Assembly: GCA_000388065.2 (NCBI GenBank) | Contig: KB932207.1 | DNA length: 13,393 nucleotides | DNA from: Fonticula alba ATCC 38817 | Lineage: Eukaryota > Protista > Nucleariida | Direction: 5' to 3' (one strand) | In this document: positions 1 to 8,515 of the stretch, one piece after another | Numbering within the stretch: position 1 is the stretch's first letter | Layout: every line of letters begins with the position of its first letter | Notes under the pieces: model-generated | The model's input: only the letters and a program-made list of their open reading frames with translations | The model's database searches: none | What the model was told of the DNA's origin: nothing | Made by a program: the position numbers and the translations under genes

Positions 1-247
1 CCGCCACACCCAATAGACAACTGGCCGCCGCCCCGCCCTCCATCCCTCCCGGGGGACTGGGGTGGGTCAGATCCAGAAGAAAACCCGCCGCGCGATCTCG
101 GGGCAGGGTGGCCTCTCCCTCAGCCGACCCCGCCCCCTCGCTGCTACCCCTCCCCATCCACGGACACACACACACACGCATTTGCACATCCGTTGCCTGT
201 TGCGCCTTGCCCCCGCCTCCCCCCCCCCGTCCCCCCTCTCCCCCCCT

Positions 248-286
248 TTGCTGCTGCTGCTGCTGCTGCTGCTGTTGCTGTTGCTG
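248..286 (+). repeat. (CTG)n/(TTG) trinucleotide microsatellite
   Basis: Eight perfect CTG units at 251-274, flanked by TTG/CTG variants. Confidence 0.9.
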
Positions 287-415
287 CCCTCCGCCCATGT
301 CGGATCCTCTTGCACAAACCCGCGGTACGCCGCACCCCATCCCCACGCGCACCTGCTGCCCAAGTACCCCCCCCCCCCCTCCTTTCCTCTGACACATGCG
401 CACGCCGCCTCGGAC

Positions 416-1629
416 ATGCCAGACATCAGCAGGCATGAAAGCGTGCGGCTGAAGCAGCAGCTAAGCACCGCACAGCGCCAGCTCCGCGCGCAGAAGACTT
501 CGCTGTCCAGCGAGCGGACCCTTTTCCAGGCCGAGCGACAGAAGCTCCAGCGGGTGATCGACGCGGCCAATGGCCGCATTGCCGGCCTGGAGCGCCTGAA
601 CAAGTTTTACTTCGACCGCCTGCGTGAGCTGCGCCGCGAGGGCTGGGCCCCGCTGGTGCCGGACGAATCAGCCCCTGCTGCCCAGGTACACCCCATCACC
701 GCGGCATGTCCCCCTGATCGGGCTTTTCTAACGCCCTTCGCCCGACCTGCCGGGCCTGCTCCCTCGCCCCCCCCCCCCCCTTTTCAAGGATGCCCCTGTG
801 GATGGCGCCACGGCACCCGGCGGCTCCTCGTCCGCGCCAGCGGTCCCGACGACCACGGCCCCCGTCGAGGAGGCTGACGACGAGGACGACGACGAGGTCA
901 TCCTCTTGAGCGATGACGACGAGGACGACGCCGACAACGAGCCGCAGGAAGCCCACGACAGCGCCTCCGAGGATATGAGCGAGTATTCGGTCTTCGGCCC
1001 GGGGCCCAGCGGCCAGCTTGACAGCGATGGCTGGCTCTCGGAGGGCCCGCCGCACGAGGTCGAGTCCGAGCCCGACCTTTCCTCACGGCGGACGGCAATC
1101 ACCGAGGCCGCGGCGCAGATTCGCCAGCGCTACCCGGAGCTCTTCCAGCTGGGCCCATCGGAAACCAATGCCCCCCTCGTGCGGCGGACCCTCGACACGT
1201 TCCTTGACCGCGGTGCGCCGGCCAGCCAATCCCCGCGCCTTGCCTCTCGGCCTGTCCGCCGATCCACCCCTCCCCTTGTCACCCCCGTGCCTGCTCGGCT
1301 CTGACGCTGTCCCTGCCCCCCCCCCCCCCTTGCTGACCCCGCTCCCCCCAGACGAGGAGCTCCCCCCGCGGATAGGCGAGGCGGTAACCTTCCTGGTGGA
1401 GACCCTGGAGCAGACGCGCGACGACATGCTCTTCCTCCGGGGGCAAGCCCAGCGCTTCCTCGTGGACCAGGAGATGGTGTTCGCCGCGCGGCTGGAAGTG
1501 GCGCGTGCCGAGGCCGCGGCCCAGGCCCTCACCCAGTCCACCCGAGACCGGCAGCGCGTGGCGTCGCTCGGCCTGGCGACACCGTCCCCGCCGCCGGCCG
1601 ACCCGGCCACCAACGCGCTGCGGCCCTGA
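416..1629 (+). CDS. Uncharacterised protein, ~323 aa: N-terminal coiled coil, D/E-rich linker, C-terminal helical segment. Exons 416-685, 789-1212, 1352-1629; possibly 5'-incomplete.
   Basis: Intron 686-788 (gtacac...ttttcaag, CTAAC at 728-732, phase 0) and intron 1213-1351 (gtgcgc...ccag, CTGAC at 1333-1337, phase 1) join three track ORFs in frame. Total 972 nt, ending in TGA 1627-1629. A CTGAC (389-393) plus AG (421-422) near the ATG means an upstream exon cannot be excluded. Confidence 0.7.
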
Positions 1630-2087
1630 ACTCCGTGCTGCCCCGGCCCACCCGGTCCCTCCCCGGGGCGTGGGCATCCCCCCCCCCCCCCCCCCCGGCC
1701 AGGGAGGAATAGACACACACCGCCAGGCGAAGGAGCAGGACGGGGGCTGTGTGTGTGCGCGCGCGCGCGTCGGGGGCGCGGCGCGGGCAGCGATGGGGGA
1801 GGCCGTGGGAAATGGAGCGTTGGCATGTGGGCCAATCGCGCGGGACTCGTGGGGGGGGAGGGCCTAGGTGCGATCTCCAGCCCGTCCTCGGTCGGTGGCC
1901 GACGCGGGCCCCTCCGTCGCCGCGGGCGGGCCCGGCACCAGCACCAGGGCATTTCAGTCGCCCGGGCAAGAGCCACGGCTGAGGCCCGGGCCAGCCTCAG
2001 CATCTATGCCTCCTCCTCTGCCTACCGCCGAGCATCCCGGCCGACGCCTCGCCCCTCTGTTCTCCGCGCCCACGCGTCTCCCCCCCC

Positions 2088-2119
<32 letters not shown>

Positions 2120-2125
2120 GCACGC

Positions 2126-3985
2126 ATGCTCATGATCCCCACCGCCACAGGGCCCTGGCTTGGAGCGAGGGCCCCGGCTGGCGCGCTGCTCGCACATCGG
2201 CTGCTCTCCTCCTCGGCCGGGCCGGCGCCGGGCAAGCGGGCCGCCCGGCGCCCGGGCCCGCAGTCGCACGGCGGCAACTCCCGACCCCCGGCCGCGCCGG
2301 CGGTCCCGGCCTACCGGCGGTCGCCCATGGCCGACCTGCCGCACGTGCGGCCCGCCTCGCGGGAGTTGGTCCGGCACTATGCCGGGCTCCGGACACCGGG
2401 CAAGCGGGAGGCCGCGGCCCGGGCCCGACCCCCCGGCCCCTCGGACGACTTCCACCGGTGGGGGCACCTGGCCTTCGCGGCGGCCGAGGAGCCGTGCGTC
2501 ATCATCGGCGCCCGGGCCATCGGCGATCTCCTGGGGCTGCCGCTGCACGAATGGCAGGCGGCCAACGAGCAGGCGCGCTCCGACGGCCGGGCCGAGGGCG
2601 GCAAGTACGGCGGCCAGCGCCGGGGGCCGTGGCTGGCTGCTGGCCGGCCGCCGCCGGCCTGGCCGCGACCGCTGACCCTGCTCAGCTCGGTGGAGATGGC
2701 GCCCTTCGCCTCGGCCCTCGTGGACCTGTATGTGCCGACCGAGGCCCGGCAGGCCCGGCTGTCCCGGCGTCCGCCCGGGGTGTACCTGCTGGAGACCGAG
2801 TCCTACCTGACCAGTGCGGCACATTCGCTGCTCCATGCCGGCGCCACGGCCGCCTCGGCGCGTGACCTGCTGGCGGTGGAACTTCCCTCGCCCTGGGTGT
2901 ACGCGGCTGAGGCGGGTCCTGCGGGCCGGCTGCCGCCCGTTTGCCATCTGTGGTCTGAGCACCTGTGCGCTGACTGTGCCGCTGCTGCTGGCGCTGCTGC
3001 TGGCCCTGGTGCTGATGCTGCCGGCTCTGTTCCCGCGGATGCGCCTGCCTCGGGCCAGGTGCCCAGCGATGCGGCGCGACCCCCCGCCTGCCCGGGCAGC
3101 TGCTCGGCGATCCGGCCCCCGGGCGACCGGCGCCTGCTGGTGCTGGATGGCGTGGCGGACCCCGGGAATTTGGGCACGCTCATTCGCTTGGCCGATTCGA
3201 TTCGGCACCGGTCCGGGGCGGACCGCCTCGCCTGGCCGGTCATCTTCCTGCTGGAGCCGACGCCACTGGCGGGCTTTGCGCCGGAGGCGGTGCTGGCCTC
3301 GCTGCCGGCTGAGGCCCCGGCCCCGGCCCCGGCCCCGGCGCCGGTGTCGCGCTCGGGCCCGGTGTCCCGGCGCTTGGACCCGGCCATGGCCGGGGTGCTG
3401 GCTTCGCTGCGCGGCCTGCACGAGCCGAGCCCCGACTCGGCGATCGGCTCCGGGCCGGAGGCTCAGCTCCGGTCCCGGGGCGTGGACTTGTCGGAGGTGG
3501 TCGGGCGCCGGTGCGCCGACCTGGCCGGCGACAAGGTGCTCCGGTCGGCGGCTGGCGCGTCGCATCGCTTCCACCCGGCCCTGATGCCCGCCGGTGGGGA
3601 TGCCCCGAGCGGGGCCCCGGCCCCCGGGGTGCGCTTCATTCGTGGCGATTGGCCGGGCCTGGTGGCCCTTCTCCAGCGGGACGGCTTGCGCCTGGTGGCC
3701 GGAGACTGCCCGGGGCCTGGGGTGGTCGAGCTGGACATGGTGGCCGCCAGTGAGGGGTCTCGGTCTGCGGGGCCGGCGCCGGGGGTGGCCCTGCTGCTGG
3801 GCTCCGAGGGCCCGGGCGTCGGGCGGCTGGTGCGTGCATCGATCGAGCAGTCGCAACTGCCGGGGCCCCAGCACCCCGGGCGTCTGCACACGCCTGGCCA
3901 GCGCATTGCCATCCCCCTGGTTGACGGCCGGGACAGCTTGAATGTGGCCACCGCCGGGTCGATCCTCATGTGGGCTCTTCGGTAG
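2126..3985 (+). CDS. MRM3: SpoU/TrmH-family (SPOUT) RNA 2'-O-ribose methyltransferase, MRM3/RNMTL1-like, ~619 aa, probably mitochondrial
   Basis: SpoU motif 1 LLVLDGVADPGNLGTLIR (3134-3187), CADLAGDKVLRSAAGA (from 3512), motif 2 LLLGSEGPGV, motif 3 IAIPLVDGRDSLNVATAGSILMWAL, then TAG 3983-3985. The N-terminus is Arg/Ala/Ser-rich and lacks acidic residues (presequence-like). The start is uncertain: in-frame ATGs at 2006, 2126 and 2132. Family call is strong; MRM3 orthology is from recalled similarity and less certain. Confidence 0.85.
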   Translation: MLMIPTATGPWLGARAPAGALLAHRLLSSSAGPAPGKRAARRPGPQSHGGNSRPPAAPAVPAYRRSPMADLPHVRPASRELVRHYAGLRTPGKREAAARARPPGPSDDFHRWGHLAFAAAEEPCVIIGARAIGDLLGLPLHEWQAANEQARSDGRAEGGKYGGQRRGPWLAAGRPPPAWPRPLTLLSSVEMAPFASALVDLYVPTEARQARLSRRPPGVYLLETESYLTSAAHSLLHAGATAASARDLLAVELPSPWVYAAEAGPAGRLPPVCHLWSEHLCADCAAAAGAAAGPGADAAGSVPADAPASGQVPSDAARPPACPGSCSAIRPPGDRRLLVLDGVADPGNLGTLIRLADSIRHRSGADRLAWPVIFLLEPTPLAGFAPEAVLASLPAEAPAPAPAPAPVSRSGPVSRRLDPAMAGVLASLRGLHEPSPDSAIGSGPEAQLRSRGVDLSEVVGRRCADLAGDKVLRSAAGASHRFHPALMPAGGDAPSGAPAPGVRFIRGDWPGLVALLQRDGLRLVAGDCPGPGVVELDMVAASEGSRSAGPAPGVALLLGSEGPGVGRLVRASIEQSQLPGPQHPGRLHTPGQRIAIPLVDGRDSLNVATAGSILMWALR

Positions 3986-4038
3986 AGCCATGGTCTCCGA
4001 GTTGATGGCAGCTCGCAAATGGATCGACGACACTTGCA

Positions 4039-4090
4039 TGTGTGTGTGTGTGTGTGTGTGCGTATGTATGCATGTATGCATGTATGCATG
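4039..4090 (+). repeat. (TG)11 followed by ATGT/ATGC tetranucleotide repeats between convergent 3' ends
   Basis: TG x11 at 4039-4060, then cgtatgtatgcatgtatgcatgtatgcatg. Confidence 0.9.
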
Positions 4091-4348
4091 CCGTGTATGT
4101 GAACATGTACATACACAGACTTCTCCCGGTAGAAAATACTTCGCGGAACGGGAGGAGGGAGAGAGAGAGAGAAAGAGGGGGAGGAAGGGGTGTATTTGGC
4201 ATATGATGCCCTCGGGGCAGCCCGGGAAAGAAATACAGCGGGAGCCCAGGCAAGGGCGCGCGAGGGGGACGCACGGCGGCAGGAGCAAGCTCGGACCGGT
4301 CGCCGGCGACCAAAGGAAAACAGGACACAAGAAGCCCAGACGCGTCGC

Positions 4349-4696
4349 CTAAGAGACAAAGCGCCGCAAGCGCTTGATCATGTAGTACGGACGCTCAGGA
4401 GAGCCATCGTTCCGTTCGACGTCCTCGCAGAAGCAAACGAAGATGGTGGACACGGTCATGGACATGACGTTGACAAAGAGGTACGTCACGCCAAAGGTGA
4501 GGAAAATGATGACCTACGGCACGGACGCACGCGCGGTGCGTGTGGGAAGAGGGAGGAGAGAAAGATATAGAGAATGGAGAGAAGAGGAGAGAGAAGAGGA
4601 GAGAGAAGAGAAGAGAGAAGAGAAGAGAGAAGAGAAGAGAGAAGAGGAGAGAGAAGAGGAGAGAGAAGAGGAGAGAGAGAGAGAGAGAGAGAAGAG

Positions 4697-4736
<40 letters not shown>

Positions 4737-7700
4737 GAAAGAGAATGGAGAGAAGAGGACAGAGAGAGAGATAAAGAGAGAGAGAGAGAGAGAAAGAGAA
4801 AGAGAGAGAAGGGGAGAGACAAGAGGAGGAGGTCAGAATGGGCATGGTGGAGAGCGGGCGGCGGCCGAGAAAAAAGAAGAAGGAAGGCTCTGAGGGTGCG
4901 GGGCGGGAGTGGAACGCACAAGGACGGGATACACCCAGTAGGTCGGGTCAGGGGCATACTTCAGGATGAGGAAGTTGCCGAGGAAGGCGCAAGCCGTTGG
5001 GACCGAGATGGTCACCAGGAACAGGAGGTAGTCGCCGATCTTGGTGACGACGATCAGACTGCGGGCGGGCCCCGTCCACAGCACCGGGGGAGAAAAAGCC
5101 GAGTGAGTGGTGATGATGAGAAAGAAAGCCCCGTGCCGACGCCAAGAGGACAGGGCGAGCAAGAAGGAAGCCTGGCGCGAGTGTCCCGCCAAGCGGGAAG
5201 AGCCGTACCTCAAGGCATTGCGCACGATCAGGTTGAAGGCCGAGCTGGCGGCCTTGCAGTAGCCGCACCCGGTGGTGGCGATGATGATGTAGGCGTTGCG
5301 ATTGAGCAGACGCAGGAACCGCTCGAAGCACCACAGCAGGCACTGCAGCACGCGGAAGATGCAGGATGTCAGCGCGCGCACCGGCGCGCCACCCGCCTCG
5401 GACGTCCGGCGTGCCTGCTTGTGGAAGCGGCTCAGCAGATACCGGATAAGCTGCACCAAGGCGATGAGCATCGAGCCAAGGGCCAGCGACCCGAAGTGGT
5501 ACCGGAAGGTGCGATACACCGACCGCAGGAGAATCATCTTGGGGAGCTTCTACGCGCGAGCAAGTCCCAGCAGGCAGCCGGGGAGAGGGTCAGCAGGCGA
5601 GCAGGGAGGGAGTCGGCAAGGCGGCGGGGTTGCGGATGGAGAGGGGAAAGAAGGAGGAACAGAGAGAGAAGGAGAGAGCAAGAAAAAAAAAAAAAAAAAA
5701 ACTCAAGAGGGGGACTCCCGCGGGCGAGGCTTTTCCCCACAGCGCCAGGCCAGGGCCCCTAAAAGTGCGCGCACCTTCTTGTCGCGTGTCCAATACCAAG
5801 TGGCGATGGCCCCGGCGATCGAGGTGTCCGAGGCCGCCATCACAAAGGCCCAGCCCCACAGGGCACCAAAGGCCGCGTAGATTTGCAGGTAGCTCATCAG
5901 GCTGGGTGGCCGGACGGCGGGAACACGGTTAACAGGCGGGCAGAGGGTCGGGCAGCCGGCGACGCAGCACGTACTAGTTGGACTCGAAGGTGTACTGATA
6001 GTCCCCGAACCCAATGTCAATTGAGTTCACCTCGCCGGAGGAGGAGAGGTACACACAGACAAAGACATAGTAGCCGGCCACGAAAATCAGCCCGAGGAAT
6101 TCGAAAAGCGGCAGGATCACCAAGTGCGGCAGGTGCGATACGGCCCTGGGTGAGGCAGAAGGGGCGGTGGTGGAGGAGACAACCATTAGTCCATGGTGTG
6201 CGCAGCCGGGCCGAGCAGGGGAGTCCGTTCAGACAGGGGCACGAAAGGAAGCAGGGGCGAGGGAAGCGCACTTGGCCGCCACACGGATAATCGCAATGGC
6301 CAGGTTGATGCGCCGGGCCAGGAAAAGCAGCGACAGCAGGAGAATCACCAGCAGGGCGCTGGAGATGATGGTCAGCGCCAGGAAGGTGTGCTCATTGTAC
6401 ACGAAGGTGTCCAGTCCGTAGAGGAACACCGCGTTCATGACGGGCAAGCCGTCGCGGAGCTGGGGACAAGCAAGACCCCGCCCAAGGGGAGGCGGGGGGG
6501 GGGGGGAGAAAAAGGGCATGCTTAGGGTCAGCAGGGCGCGCAAGCACAGACGCGCGGACGGGGCCGGCAGAGGTCGGGAGACGGTGGAGCCGGCGAAATG
6601 CCCGGCGTGGAACGCACACGCAGGTAGTTGAACCAGAAGTAGGCGGTCGACAGGCAGACAGCCCCGATGACGGAGATGATGCTCATCCAGGCCACAAAGC
6701 CGGACAGAAGCTGAATCAACAGGAGCCAGATCCAGGACAGCACCAATGACAGGGCCACCACCGCCGCCACGTAGGGGATCGTGGCATACAGATCGTGGTT
6801 GATGGCCAGCGACACGCCGCGCTCATTTAGCCACGCGATGACCGAGTTGTGGGCGCCCTTGACAATCGTGGAGTTGAGCACCGCGTCGCCGGCCTCATCC
6901 AGGAAGGGCAGGCACCGGTTGAGGACTGTGTTGGCCCATCGGAGGGACAAAGCGGGGGGGGGGGGGGGGGGCAAGACGGAGGCGACGGGAGTCAGCATCA
7001 CGGGCATGGCAGAATGTCAACCATGGTGGCGGTAAGAGAGAGAGAGAGAGAGGGAAAGGGAAGGAGGGAGCGAGGGAGGAAGCCCACACGTACAGGGGGA
7101 ACTCTTGACCACATACGGCAGGCAGAAGCCATCTGACACACCCTGCACCACTTCGGAGCCTGTGGTGACCGTGGTGTTGTAAAGGCAGACCGCGTCCGAG
7201 GGAGAGGAGCTGTAGTTGTTTTCGAAGATCATGGACTCAATGGGGCAACGCTCGACGCAAATGCCCTGGCCTGTGTGCGTGACAAACCCCACATATGAAC
7301 GGGCAAGAGAGGGAGAGAGAGAGAGAGGGGGGGGAGGAGGGAGAAGCCAAGGAACAGGCACGGAGCAGGGTCAGCGGATGCAGTGCATAGGCAAGACGCA
7401 GGGCCGAGGTGGGAGCGGGGACAACACGCACCACGCAGCGTCGGCGACGGAAGCTCCAGATACTGGAGGAAGGGCCGGGCCGTGTTATCGACCCCCGTGA
7501 AGGTGTCCACATTACCGCAAACATTGCCCTCATAGTCGATGCCATAAATCAGGCGGTTTGGGTCGCCATGCTTGTAGGCGAAATACCCGAGGACAGCCAT
7601 GCCGGCCCAATAGAGGATGAACAGCAGGCCCCAGAAGACGTCTCGGCAGCGACGCTTGTGGATGGGTGCGGTGGACTGGCACAAATAAGGGGGCGATCAG

Positions 7701-8035
7701 TCGGCGAGGACGGGCGAGAGGAGGAGGGAGGGGGGGGGGGGGGGGGGGGGAGCAGGGATAAGGTGCGATGGAAGACAATGAGGGACGAGCCTAGGCCGGG
7801 ACATACCACGCTGCAGACCGCGAAGGGGACGAACGGGGATCGGGTCCGGGCCCGGGGGGGGGGGGGGGGGGGGGGGGGAGGGGGGAGGCACGGGGCACAG
7901 GCAACACGGGGGGGGCCGACCCAGGAGAACATACCCGGAGTAGGAGGGCGGCGGAGGGACCGACTCGCCGGCGTCCATCTGCTTCATCTCCATGGCGTCC
8001 CCCTTGCTGGAGGACTTGGACTTCTTCTTCCCCAT
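4349..8035 (-). CDS. SLC44A: Choline transporter-like protein (SLC44/CTL/PNS1 family), 654 aa. Exons in transcription order: 8035-7935, 7810-7807, 7675-7432, 7270-7094, 6925-6618, 6459-6272, 6145-5975, 5901-5775, 5549-5209, 5058-4920, 4513-4349.
   Basis: Family motifs: RRCRDVFWGLLF, GDPNRLIYGIDYEGNVCG, ICVERCP, PFLNRCLP, IAGAIATWYW, YHFGSLALGSMLIALVQLIR, FLRLLNRNAYIIIA, TIFVCFCEDVERNDGSPERPYYM. All ten introns are GT-AG (73-406 nt) with matching phases. Exons sum to 1965 nt = 655 codons including TAG at 4351-4349. The symbol is family-level only. Confidence 0.93.
4549..4830. repeat. Compound GA/TC microsatellite in the last CTL intron
   Basis: About 280 nt almost entirely of G and A on the + strand, including ~10-nt units such as gagagaagag and pure (GA)n stretches. 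Confidence 0.92.
7807..7810 (-). other. 4-nt micro-exon (CGTG), exon 2 of the SLC44/CTL gene
   Basis: The minus strand reads ggtctgcag|CGTG|gtatgt. It bridges a phase-2 donor (7934) and a phase-0 acceptor (7676), giving ...YSG V STAPIHKRRC. Confidence 0.8.
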
Positions 8036-8121
8036 GGCAGTGGTGGCAGTGAGGGCGGCGACGGCGACGACGGCGACAACAGGCACAAGCGGCTCAGATC
8101 TAGCGGGGCACTGGCGGGATA

Positions 8122-8129
8122 GAGAGAGA

Positions 8130-8165
<36 letters not shown>
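8122..8165. repeat. (AG)n microsatellite abutting an assembly gap, upstream of the CTL start codon
   Basis: agagagagagggaaagagagagag... runs into the Ns at 8166. Confidence 0.9.
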
Positions 8166-8515
8166 NNNNNNNNNNNNNNNNNNNNNNNNNNNNNNNNNNN
8201 NNNNNNNNNNNNNNNNNNNNNNNNNNNNNNNNNNNNNNNNNNNNNNNNNNNNNNNNNNNNNNNNNNNNNNNNNNNNNNNNNNNNNNNNNNNNNNNNNNNN
8301 NNNNNNNNNNNNNNNNNNNNNNNNNNNNNNNNNNNNNNNNNNNNNNNNNNNNNNNNNNNNNNNNNNNNNNNNNNNNNNNNNNNNNNNNNNNNNNNNNNNN
8401 NNNNNNNNNNNNNNNNNNNNNNNNNNNNNNNNNNNNNNNNNNNNNNNNNNNNNNNNNNNNNNNNNNNNNNNNNNNNNNNNNNNNNNNNNNNNNNNNNNNN
8501 NNNNNNNNNNNNNNN
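8166..8515. other. Assembly gap (350 N)
   Basis: Run of N flanked by (AG)n and poly-C. Confidence 1.

Noticed and set aside
62-415. Poly-Leu stretch resembling a signal peptide in ORF 62..877
   Set aside because: It is the translation of the CTG microsatellite; the ORF starts at GTG and the region has UTR/intron-like poly-C and (CA)n.
10-1836. CCAAT boxes at 10-14 and 1832-1836
   Set aside because: Five-base matches without TSS data cannot be distinguished from chance.
1997-4330. 777-aa - strand ORF and other long ORFs overlapping the methyltransferase
   Set aside because: Antisense or alternative-frame shadows of a GC-rich CDS, with no recognisable motifs.
5059-5208. Stop-free 3n introns (CTL 150 nt; also LYAR 12759-12881, 123 nt) as retained coding sequence
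   Set aside because: Canonical splice sites, and removal restores family-typical spacing; open frames are expected at this GC content.
4443-5762. 439-aa + strand ORF with an R/E-rich tract
   Set aside because: Produced by the GA microsatellite plus the antisense of CTL exons.
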